The notes below the pieces were generated by a model. The model was not told where the DNA came from, did not search any database, and saw nothing but the letters and a program-made list of their open reading frames with translations. A program made the translations under genes and the position numbers. From Octopus sinensis (taxonomy: Eukaryota): DNA of 64,000 nucleotides. The DNA lies in the NCBI RefSeq assembly GCF_006345805.1, contig NC_043001.1:17980001-18044000 (forward strand), written 5' to 3'. Position 1 is the stretch's first letter, and the number at the start of each line of letters is the position of its first letter. This document shows, in pieces, positions 48,589 to 59,628 of this stretch.

Positions 48589-49111
48589 CAGTGGTCACCA
48601 ATACGGCCCGTGAGGTCAATTCATCCGGCCCGCCGCTGCACTGTGCCTTTTGTGTAAGTACCTGCAATGAGAGTTCGTTTGCCTCTGGTATGGCATCAGT
48701 GTCTGGAACAACTTATGTCTGTGAGCATGCATTTTCAAAAATGAAGAATGTGACATCAGCACATCGAACAAGGTTGACTGATGAACATTTGAAAGCAATT
48801 CTCTTGGATGGATGCAGCAATTCCAAAGCAAATATCGATGATGTCTTAAAAGCTAAACACCAGTTTCACAAATCTCACTAACCTTTTTTGCTGCTTAGTT
48901 TGTGAGATTCGGATTATGTGCGCTCTGGGTGTGATATAACTATCTCACTGCTAACGTCTCCTTCTTTGATAACTTTCTGGTAAATAAATATGGTGGTTGT
49001 CTTTACTTTTTGTGTATTCACTGAATTTTATTGAACAAAATGGTTATGTGACCCCCGCTCGCCATTCTCTCAGTTATCTGGCCTGCCGTGAAAAAAGTTT
49101 GGTGACCCCTG
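48589..49111 (+). mobile_element. 523-bp non-autonomous hAT (Charlie/Buster/SPIN-like) keeping the transposase C-terminus
   Basis: TIR cag[t/g]ggtcaccaa, 8-bp TSD gcttagag/acttagag, and GTTYVCEHAFSKMK..RTRLTDEHL dimerisation-domain motif ending at 48881. Confidence 0.88.
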
Positions 49112-49431
49112 ACTTAGAGGAACAATATGCACGTGTTTTGTGTGCGCGTGCGTGTGTGTGTGTGTGTGTGAGTGAGAGAGAGTGAAAGAGAGAGAGAGAG
49201 AGAGGGGGGGAGAGAGATTGAACACGAATGCGCTTTTTTCCTAGCTTTCCTTTCTAATCTCTTATGATTTCATAACTGAATGCTTTAGTTATATCTCCAT
49301 GTTGTTTAAAATTAACATAAATTAAAGTGGTTGATATATATGTATCGAACACTGTTCTTTATCTTCCATTTGACAACTAGTAAATCTGTTGCGCTTTACA
49401 AAAACTTTTTCCATTGCATAATAAGCTAATA

Positions 49432-49947
49432 CCATAAATCCTCGAGTATAGTCTGCCCTTGAGTATAATACGCAGGGGATTTTTAGGGGGCTGTACCTCT
49501 GAAAAATCTAAACCTTGTGTATAATACGCACCCCTTCTCTAACTTGAGTCAAGGAGGTCTATATAATGTCCTTGGTTTGTAAAACTGTATACGGTAACGT
49601 CCTTTATTATTATTGTATATATAACATAATGCAAACGTGTAGCTTTTTTGTGCATTTTGTTTGCAGAAAATAAAGAAATAACAATAATAACGTTTAATAA
49701 ATGTTGCTTACTGCAAGTTATGGATGATTATTTTATGACTTCATTGCTTTCAGGCTTAACTTAGGGTATTTTCGCGCCCGACATCACAAAATGTGTCTGA
49801 ATAAACATTGCCGGACAGCAAATAGAGACTCGGACGTTGCTTAGAAAATATTTTTCATTTTTAACCTCGTGTATAATACGCACTAGGGATTTTGACCTTT
49901 AAACTTTGGGGGGGGGGGGGATGCGGATTATACCGGAGGATTTACGG
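49432..49947. mobile_element. Second copy (516 bp) of the Tc2/pogo-like MITE
   Basis: Colinear with 10754..11235, with TA TSDs. Confidence 0.88.
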
Positions 49948-50223
49948 TACTTTTGTTTTAAATCCAGCCATCTGAGTTTTAATCTCGGTAAGCAACTTTT
50001 AAACTCTCTTTCATTACTATTAGATGAAAGATGTTCGACAAATTATTAATTGCTCATGTATAAGTAGAAAGCATTGTTTTTCCTTTTTTTTTTTTTTTTG
50101 TCTTCAGTAATTCAATACGTCACGAGAAATTATGCGAGTAATAATATAGATTTCCTCTAAATCATATTTTTGGCTTAGCTTACTTATACTAAAGTGAAAA
50201 TATGTGAGCTGCTTCCAAGGATT

Positions 50224-50296
50224 GGGGAATTAGCTCAGTTGGTAGAGCGCTCGCTTTGCATGCGAGAGGTACCGGGATCGATACCCGGATTCTCCA
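50224..50296 (+). tRNA. tRNA-Ala-TGC: tRNA-Ala(TGC)
   Basis: 73-nt cloverleaf with G3:U70 and anticodon TGC. Confidence 0.95.
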
Positions 50297-50364
50297 AGTA
50301 GATTTTCGGGGTTTTTTTTAATTTACTTGCATTAATATATTTTATTCTATTTTACTATATTTCG

Positions 50365-50640
50365 TAGGCAGAAAACTCAGAGAAACCCGTCTACCATATA
50401 TATCAGTGTGTTTGTGTTTCCCCCCCACACACACACACACACACACACACCGCTTGACAACCGGTGTTGGTTTGTTCATGTATCCGCAACTTAGCGGCTC
50501 GGCTAAAATGACCGATAGAATAAGTACCGGATTTAACAAAGAAATAAGCACTTGTTTGACCAAACCTTTCAAGGCAGTGACCAAGCATGGCCGAAGCTCC
50601 GTGACTAAAAATATAAAAGATATAAAGAAGTAAAAGACAA
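50365..50640 (+). mobile_element. Old SINE family A-related 3' half
   Basis: cgcttgacaaccggtgttgg...ccaagcatggcc. Confidence 0.65.
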
Positions 50641-51130
50641 ATTAATTTGAAAATACGAGAAAAATTGTTCTGAACTTCGAAATAGATGTACAACTTGAAA
50701 ATTTCATAATGCGATGAATGTAAAAATGAAATACAAGCATAAAACTGAAAGCAAAACGGATGTCGGTCGCCGTACCTCTCAAATGCAGACGACCAGTTCG
50801 GCCATCTTGGTTAACTGTCAATATAATACATTAAAGGGTGGAATTTTACTGTAATACAAAGCAGCAAATAGAGAGTTTTATATCGTGAATTTCATCCACA
50901 TGGAATTTTAGATCATAATTTTAAAATATCTTATACTTCATGGTTTCCTTCATGTATGTAATAAAGTATTCATGAAGGTTAAAGAAGTGAATCTTTGTCT
51001 TTGAAGAAATTCTTCCTTACAAGATGAATGCAAGGAATATGAATTTGTAGGGACATTGTCGATAGTATTTGAAATGGGATTCTTTATTGCATTTTGTGAC
51101 TTCTACATCTGTTATATGTCGATTGCGAGA

Positions 51131-51217
<87 letters not shown>

Positions 51218-51776
51218 CTCATTTAAATTCGTGCAAATTCTGAGAATTATAAACATTACGATTATTGCGTAATTCCGAGCTTCTTGAAACAGGCGTCGAG
51301 TAAAAAGATATGTATTCTCTTGTTAGTATTCTGTATTTTTATGCTCTACGTAAATATACGTGTATGTATATATGTACAAGTATAAATATATATGTGTTTA
51401 GAACCTAGTCCCGGATGAAAATTTCGGACTTTACGTTCAAATTCATTTCAACGCTTCTACGCATTTTTTATACAGGTCATATTTATCTCTCACCTGTTAT
51501 CTGTAAAAATATTATATATACATACATGTATGTATGTGTTTGTATATATGTATGAATGTATGTATGTATGTGTCTATGTATGTATATATATTTGTATGTA
51601 TGTATGTATGTATGTATGTATTATGAATGTATGTATGACATTATTCAGTTTATTTCAAGATTTCTTGCCAATAGAGAAAGAACCGGTTTCTAATCTAGAT
51701 CCAAGGTTCTTTCATTGGAATTTCAACATCAATGACAGGATATTTTTGTATGTATGCATGTATTTATGCATGTATG

Positions 51777-51810
<34 letters not shown>

Positions 51811-51839
51811 TGTATGTATGTATGTATGTATGTATGGGG

Positions 51840-52000
51840 AAAGCTTGGTTTGCAATGTATGCAGTCGTGCGTTCTTGTCAAGAGTAGAGCTCATTAGCCG
51901 CCAACGGAGCCGCAGATACAAAATATAAGTTAGCCCTAGAGTACACGATGTTCCTGAAGGTCAGTAATGGTCTTCTTCGATCACGAGTGGACGGCCATCA
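51840..52000 (+). mobile_element. Short RTE/BovB-like 3' end
   Basis: CNVCSRAFLSRVELISRQRS resembles the degenerate C2H2 terminus of RTE-BovB ORFs; embedded in (TATG)n. Confidence 0.55.
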
Positions 52001-53498
52001 GCATGTATGTATGTATTTATGAAAGTATGCATATATGTATGTGTGTATGTACGTATGTATGTATGTATGTATGTATGTATGTATGTATGTATGTATGTAT
52101 GTATGTATGTATGTATATATGTATGTATGTATTTATGTAAGTATGCATATATGTTATATCAGGTCACTTTCGAGTGCCACTGGTAACATTCATGCGCGGG
52201 GACATAGAAATAATCGGAATGAATACCCGATCGCGCGGTTAAACCATTGGGAGTGAAGGACTCCTAGCCTTTGTTAGGGCATCCTTCTAGGAGAAGGTAA
52301 CTGAGGTAACTGGGATAACTCCGACATAAAACCTGCGGCTCAGTGGTTACCGATGATGTTGACTTGTTCTTCTTTTCGGATTATGTCTGCTGTTGCTTAG
52401 TGAGTGGGATTGACTCAGTGCACAGCCTTTCCTCACTTTAAAAAAATTTTCTTGCACAGGCATTGCACGATAACAACATTGATTAAGCTTCGTGCAATGG
52501 CCATACTCGATAACGAGAGGGCAGCCACCATGCATATATGTATGTGTGTATGTTTGTATGTCTATTTCAATTCACGATGTATAAGTGGGGTTTCTTTTTT
52601 CGGTGACTATATGTCCATAGCGAGGCCTTCTCGCCCACTTATTAAATGTAATAGAAGCCTCCCTTTCCGTACTCATTTAAATTCATGTCAATATAAATAT
52701 ACACGTGTGTGAGAGTGTGGGGTGGGGCGCATGCGCAGGGTCAGCTTAACAGCATTAGAGGACCCTGAGTCAATCAGTGCACTCCCAGGCTTCCACCACT
52801 GCATCCAGTCTAACCTTTACAGCACCAACTACACCATCATTTGAGCAGTTGTTGCTACTTCCTGAAGCACCGGACTATAACGAGGTCACTACTCACCTGA
52901 CTATCCAAATAGCAGGATCTACGTAGATACACATTCCTCTGATTGTGCACTTCTGAAGATGGGCCTTTGTGCCCGAAATCTAAAGGTTTTTTCAATTTTC
53001 ATCGATGCGCTTTGTCTTATGGTATTATTTCCTGACGGTAAACCACATTATACATAAATAAGAATTGGGCCTCTTGATTTGGCAAATATCCTAGATGCCC
53101 ATGCCTTCAGACGGCTTTGTGGGGGGGGGGGTATTTGTGTGTGTGTGTGTGTGTGTGTTTGAAATTTCCATATGGAAGAAATTATTGAACAATATGTGAA
53201 AATTTTCTAAATTCCTTTTAAATATCAGATATTTTCGGATGACGTAATAATATGAAATTAACGTAATGATATACATTATGCCGTCTGCCTCATTTGCATA
53301 TCTTTAGATGTCATCACACAACAGTCTGAAATACAAAACACAACATACAATAATATAAAGTACATAATATATATAGAACATTGTTTTCCATCTTCCATTT
53401 CACAAATAGTACAGTATGTATTGTGTTTTACGGTAATTTTTTTCCATTACATAATTGGCCTTTAAACCCAATCATCTGAGGATTAATCCTGGTAACCA

Positions 53499-53771
53499 AA
53501 ACTAGGTAAATAAAACCATCGAACAGAGATTGTCGGAAGCGACACCTACTGGCTGGCTACGCTGCATTGAAAAGGGGCAATACTCCGAAACGCGTCTGTA
53601 GCTGCCGGTCAAGTAGTGTGGAGCGACTGACCTCCCTTGTTCGAAGGTTATATGGATACAGTTTGTGTATCAAATAGCTAACTTAAGGCGATGGCCTCAT
53701 GGAGCTAATAAGCGGACAGCTTTTTTCTTATTTTTATAAGAATGCCATATTAGTATGGCGATAACTATTAT
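53499..53771 (+). repeat. Hammerhead-containing direct repeat, copy 1 (273 bp)
   Basis: 53499..53551 recurs at 53860..53912 (period 361). 53535..53771 recurs at 59321..59557 with no differences I could find. Confidence 0.95.
53551..53610 (+). ncRNA. Minimal type I hammerhead ribozyme motif (U3:A8 variant), copy 1
   Basis: Helix I gctgca/tgtagc, extended by ggctggc/gccggtc after an internal loop; core ttgaaaa 53567-73; helix II gggg-caata-ctcc; gaaa; palindromic helix III acgcgt; GUC with predicted cleavage after 53596. Confidence 0.8.
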
Positions 53772-54167
53772 TTTCCGGGAACGCTGCCGCTGTTCTCTTT
53801 TAGAGAGACTTAGTTATTTTAATATTCTATTATTGAAAACAAGTGGATGTGTTCCACCGAAACTAGGTAAATAAAACCATCGAACAGAGATTGTCGGAAG
53901 CGACACCTACTGATTTTTCCTTGGATTACGTCGGATTATTTTACGCTGTAAGCTGTTATGTTAGTTCGTTCTGTTCTGGATTTACACGTACAATTTTTGG
54001 AGTATTAACTTGTGAAACAAAGTAATTTTCGCCCTTCGGGGTAGAAAATTTCTTTTTATATATGAACTTTAATTCAGTGTGGATTTGATTTTTATCTTGT
54101 CTCTTGTGACAAGTCACTTGCATTTTATTATGGATCTTGACTTAACGTCAAATTCTGATTTTCCGAG

Positions 54168-55609
54168 ATGGGAGAAGTTATAAAGCAAAAGGATACAAAG
54201 GAGAAACAAAGTTTTTCGGAAGCCGTTGGAGGCAATGTTATAGAACTGGAAGTAACAATGGAGGATCTCTTCAAGTTCAGAAAGTTCATACAAAGGAATG
54301 GAGAAGAAACGAGAATAATACCGCCCCCTGACACCTTACAAGCAATCCGTGAGAAGACGGTAATTTATAAGGTATATAATATTAAGGAAAAAAAGATTGC
54401 AGATGTAAGAAATGAATTGGTAGAACGGTGCATGGCACCAATTTGGAACAAGGTTCGCTATGTTGGCCGAGGAGTGAGAAGCGCTACTATTGAAGCGCAT
54501 TTCGAGTCGGCTAGCATAGCGAAGGAAATTTCAACTCAAACGTTGAAGAGTGCAGACATCCTGTTGCTGCCCACGTACTTAGGGCGCAGAACAGCTAAGA
54601 TAACAATAGAGGATATACCAACAGGTTACGATGTAATGTGGGCAGCAACAGCGGTCGTATTCGACGTAGAAGAGAAATTAAACATTTTAAACATGAGGAT
54701 GAAAGAGGCAAAATTTTGGAAAGGTCAGCAGCTTGAAATGATCGTTCAAGCTGACAATGCAACGCTGGAGAGTTTGCCAGACAGGGTCTTCGTGGGGGAT
54801 GGACACACTGCGCGGGTATCGGTTGAGGGACGTAGGCCCAGATGTTTCAAATGTGGGCAGAAGGGTCACGTCCGCTCAGAGTGCAAAAAGAAAAAACCCG
54901 TTAATGCCCCCATTCAAACCGCTGTGGAGAACAAAGCAGACATCACAGCAACAACAAAAGAGAATACCCGAAAAAGCAAAATGAAAGTCAAAAGGAGGAA
55001 AAGAAAATGAATGGAAAACAAAGCGAAAACGAAAACGAGGTGGAAAATATTTTATCAAATGGAAAAGAACTGGAAGTAATGGAATATACGACTGTAACCA
55101 ACAAAAGGAAGAAATCCAATACCCCGGACTCCCCACCCCAAACAAAAAGAAAAACAAACGCAGAAGAACAACACAAAAAAATTATCCAATCCCACCCCGC
55201 TGGCACTACTTTTGTAGGCCAGCATTTCATTAAACCCCAGCCCCCAACTTTAAAAGGATTCAAAAAAACCGATAGGTGCATTGCTTATAACACAAAAAAC
55301 GAGAGAGTAGTTTGGTACATAAAGGCGAAACCAAACATAAAATGTTTCAAATCATCGGAAAAAAACCCGGATTGGAGGTATGCGAAGGTTGGAGAGGAGG
55401 AATGGAAGGAGAGACTCTTCCAACTACACGTGAGGGACAACCTGATTAAAGATGTCACACAAGAGGTGATAGCTGGAAAATTGAATATTAGCCCGGCAGC
55501 CACTCCATCCCAGAGCCCGGTGGCAACGCCGGTTAAATGCCCAGCAACAACGGAGAGTGTGGGGGAGGCAGGCAGACAAAAGCTGCCATGCTCCCTCTCA
55601 CAACCGTAA
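54168..55609 (+). pseudogene. LINE ORF1 (gag-like, CX2CX4HX4C knuckle), split by a -1 frameshift into 54168..55010 and 55007..55609
   Basis: CFKCGQKGHVRSEC. The -1 frame is open from 54905, so one added base in an A-run would give a single ~480-aa ORF1. Confidence 0.8.
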
Positions 55610-55633
55610 GTAACAAACTTTCTTCATTCATCG

Positions 55634-58600
55634 ATGATTAAGTTGGGCTGTATAAATGTGCGTGGAATGGGGTCGAAATGGAAACAGGCTTGCTTGCTGG
55701 ACGACCTCAGGACACACAGAATAGATGTAGCCATTGTCACCGAGTCCAAGATGAGAGGAACCCAAGCGTTCTCGCATCTTCTCAATGGTTACGAGAAATT
55801 TATTTCTCCTAGCCGAGGAGGAAGTGCAGGCGTGGCAGTCCTTATCAGGAAGAACTTGGACTTACAGGTAAGTACTGTCTTTATGGACCCAGAAGGTAGG
55901 CTGGTTGTCCTCGATGTAACTCACGTAAGTAAGCAGTCCTTCAGGTTGGTAGCTGTTTATGCTCCTAATGAGGGTAGGCAGACTGGTTTTTATCGGAACT
56001 TGGAGCACTTTCTAGTGACGTCTAAAACGGTAGTATTGGTAGGGGATTTCAACACTATCATCGATGCGCGGATAGATAGTGTGGGCTCGTCTGATAGAAG
56101 GGGGAATCCTTGCCTTAAGGGTCTACTGACGAGCTTTAATCTAGTAGATCGGTTTCGAATGGATGAGCCGAGCATTCCACAGTGGACGTGGAGTAACAAT
56201 GACGGCTCACGCAGATCGTATATAGATAGGGTATTTGTTAAAGAACGAGATAGGAATAGCATTAGCTGTCCACAATTTTGTATTGTGCCTTACACGGATC
56301 ACAAATTAGTGACGTGTGAGGTACATGTAGATAAATGCCATAGACAGGGACCCGGATACTGGAAAAGAACAAGTCTATTTTGGCTTGTGAAGCTTTCCGT
56401 AACCGGATTATGGAATTAGTCCAGAGGGCATTATGTGGAACCATCATTAATAATAGATGGTGGATCGCCCTCAAAAGAGCCATCCGTTTGGAGTCCATTA
56501 GATTTAGCAACCAGCTAAGTTTAGATAGGACTAGAATAGAGGGCGATTTAGTTAAGAACTTAGACGAGGCAATGGGATCTGGCTGTGCATCTAGAGTGTT
56601 AGCAGAGAGAACGATCTTGTACCGTCACCTCAATGCCAAGCATGAAGGATGTAGAGTCAGAGCTAAGCTACGTGCAGTGAAACGAGAAGGTATTAATGTT
56701 GCCGGATGGGCACGTCGTGTGGAGAGTCAGAAGGGCAAAAAGTCCTCTATTAAGTCTTTAACTGACGAACAGGGACGCAAAATCTATGGACAGGAGGAGA
56801 TACAGAAGGTCTTTCAACAGCATTTCGCTCGGTTGTTTGGGGAGGGCGATCCACTCGAGCGAGGGGAGGACTTACAGAACTTCCTAGCTGGTGGGCCTCG
56901 GCTCTCGCCAAGCAGAGCGGAACGCTGTGAAGGACCGATTACTCCCGCGGAGGTAAGAGGGGTTTTGGCTGAATGCGCTCGGGAAAAGTCGCCGGGACTG
57001 GATGGTCTGCCCTATGAGTTTTATTGTTGTATGCCGGACTTGTTCGGGGACATACTGGCAAGCGTCTACGCAAACTGGCAACAGAATGGGAGGATTCCCA
57101 GTTCTGTGAGCCGGGGAGTTGTGACGCTGATCCAGAAAGACCCGAGCAAGGGGGATAATATTAGTAATTATAGGCCCATAACTCTACTTAATGTAGAGTT
57201 AAAGATTTTGGCCAAGGTGTTAGCAGAAAGGTTGAAGGTCGTCATGGAAAAACTTGTCGGAAAGGCACAGACATGTGCAATCCCAGGCAGGTCGATCGAA
57301 GATAATCTTCACCTTCTACGCTACACTATAGACAGGGTTGGGCAATTAGCCGGCAAAGGAGGGGCATTGGTCCATTTAGACCAAAGTAAAGCATTTGATA
57401 GGGTAGATCATCAGTACCTGGCGACGGTTCTCGAAGCGGCTGGGCTAGGTCCTGACTTTCGCGGGTGGATATCAGCTATGTACAGCGGTATCAAGTCCAC
57501 AGTCCAGATAAACGGTTACTTAACGGAACCGTTTTCGATTAAGCGTTCAGTTCGTCAAGGATGTCCCTTGTCCCCTCTCCTGTACGTTTTGGCTCTTGAG
57601 CCATTGCTGCGGAAGTTGGAGACGGTGAGATGCAATCCTAATGAAATCGGATGCGGTAAGTCTGTTTCTGCGTATGCGGATGACGTCACCTTCATCGTGT
57701 CCAACGAAGCACAACTAACTCGTGTAGAAAGTGCTCTCCGAAGATACGAAGCGGTGGCTGGGGCAAAAGTTAACAAGGACAAGTCCACTGGTTTGCGCCT
57801 CGGCACCTGGAGGAACAAGCCGATATCGTCCAGTGTTGTTGGACACTGGACAGATGGTCCTGTTAAATTGCTTGGAGTTTGGTTTGGTTCAGACTCCCAG
57901 ACGGAGAAAAATTGGAGCGAGGTAGTGACCAAGGTAGAAGCCATAGTTCGGGAGTGGTCCGGAAGGCATCTTTCCTTGAAAGGGAGGGCGGAGGTGGTAC
58001 AGGTGTTTATAGCATCTGTAATCACCTATCGCCTGACTGTCGTGCCTTGCCCCGATTTGTGGCTAAGCAAGTTGGATCGACTCCTTTTCCGCTTTTTGTG
58101 GAAGGGAGGAAAGCCACTTGTAAGGCGCTCCGTGTGTTGCCAGGAACCACTAAAGGGTGGGCTGGGGATGCCTTGGTTAATGATGCGCAGGCATGCGCTG
58201 AGACTGAGACATCTCTGGTTTCACCTGGAAGGTGATAAGGTGTGGAGTCCGCTGGCAGATAATTTCTTCCCGCAACCGGACTCTATGGAGAGATTTAAAC
58301 CCGGTTTCATTAAAAGACGGAACCTGACTTTATGACAGAAAGAGTGCCGACAGGCACTCTGGCTGATCCACAAGATAGGCAAAGCCGGCTGCGGGAATAC
58401 CACCTCGACATTTTATAGAAGGATGGTAGAGGCAAAAAATGACGACGTCCTAAGAGGGTCTCTGGGGTTCGATGAGGATCAACTATCCGACCTGTTTAAG
58501 AAGACTTTCAAGCCGGGGTATTTGGACAATTACCAAAAATCCCTGACTTGGCAGTGCTATAGGAATGCTCTACCTGTTCGCGATAAGTTATATAGGCATG

Positions 58601-59031
58601 GAATGTCAGTGCCACCGACATGTCCAAGATGTGGGTTGGACGATGAAACCGTCCAGCACGCTTTTGTACATTGTCAGGAGCTGTCAGGCTTAATAAGTTA
58701 CGTAGAACACGTGTTGTCGCATCTGGGACGAGTACAGCTATCGGCTGGTTCTATAATAAAGATGATACCGCCAGCTGGACTCTCAAAGGAAGGTGAGGCT
58801 TGTTTTCACTGTACGGTGGCAGTACTGAAAGAGTGTGTGTGGAGAACTAGATTGGAAGGTTTGGTGTCAGGAACCTTTGTCTCTGGATATGGTATGTTAA
58901 AATACTTCAGATACCATCTAAAGAGCAAGATGGATTTAGAGAAGAGGAACCTGACACAGAAAAAGTATGTGAATCGATGGAAGGATGTGATAAAAAAGGT
59001 GGGTGTGAGTAACCCTGCTTGGTCATCATGA
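55634..59031 (+). pseudogene. LINE ORF2 (AP endonuclease, reverse transcriptase, zinc-binding C-terminus) with one frameshift and one nonsense codon
   Basis: APE: CINVRG, VTESK, VYAPN, GDFN, IDRVF, TDHK. RT: PGLDG, LDQSKAFDRVDH, VRQGCPLSP, YADD, LLGV. C-terminus CPRC..H..C. A -1 shift lies near 56365, and an in-frame TGA at 58333-35 is followed by the same frame to 59031. Confidence 0.93.
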
Positions 59032-59136
59032 AGGGAGAAAATAGTCTCTGGGCTCTTAGGCTGTCGGGTAAGAATCCTGACTGTGATATACCTAGCTGGC
59101 CAAAATCATTTTTAATTTAAAAAAAAACAAAAGGAG

Positions 59137-59210
59137 AAAAGTAAAGTCTAGTATCATAATCAATAATCAACATATGTAAATTATTGATTATGATACTAGA
59201 CTTTACTTTT
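59137..59210. repeat. Perfect 31-bp inverted repeat with 12-nt loop in the LINE 3' UTR
   Basis: aaaagtaaagtctagtatcataatcaataat / attattgattatgatactagactttactttt. Confidence 0.95.
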
Positions 59211-59320
59211 TGATATCAACATATGTAAATATCAAACGAACAACGTAAACTTTTTGTAATTATGTTTTGTATTGTAATGTACTATCTCTGTAAGATTTTT
59301 ATAATCATAATAAAGATTTA

Positions 59321-59551
59321 GGAAGCGACACCTACTGGCTGGCTACGCTGCATTGAAAAGGGGCAATACTCCGAAACGCGTCTGTAGCTGCCGGTCAAGT
59401 AGTGTGGAGCGACTGACCTCCCTTGTTCGAAGGTTATATGGATACAGTTTGTGTATCAAATAGCTAACTTAAGGCGATGGCCTCATGGAGCTAATAAGCG
59501 GACAGCTTTTTTCTTATTTTTATAAGAATGCCATATTAGTATGGCGATAAC

Positions 59552-59557
<6 letters not shown>
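59321..59557 (+). repeat. Hammerhead-containing direct repeat, copy 2 (3' part), ending in (TA)n
   Basis: Identical by eye to 53535..53771. Confidence 0.95.
59337..59396 (+). ncRNA. Minimal type I hammerhead ribozyme motif, copy 2
   Basis: Same sequence as copy 1; predicted cleavage after 59382. Confidence 0.8.

Positions 59558-59628
<71 letters not shown>

Larger units (their letters stand above)
53913..59320 (+). mobile_element. Full-length Tx1/L1-clade non-LTR retrotransposon (5408 bp) with 17-bp TSD
   Basis: TSD ggaagcgacacctactg at 53896..53912 and 59321..59337. ORF1 has a CCHC knuckle; ORF2 has APE, RT and C-terminal CCHC. aataaa is at 59309-14. Confidence 0.95.

Noticed and set aside
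52948-52986. ctgaaga-t-gggc/gccc-gaaa hammerhead-like core
   Set aside because: Helix III cannot form (gaaatcta) and helix I is only 3 bp.
53833-53872. Second hammerhead-like string ttgaaaa-caa-gtgga/tccac-c-gaaac-tag-gta at the repeat junction
   Set aside because: Extra bases flank helix II and no helix I forms adjacent to the core; noted only as a possible relic.
53499-59557. LTR retrotransposon interpretation of the identical flanking repeats
   Set aside because: There are no TG..CA ends, PBS, protease or integrase. The enzyme is APE-RT, and a 17-bp TSD explains the structure as a LINE inside a pre-existing tandem repeat.
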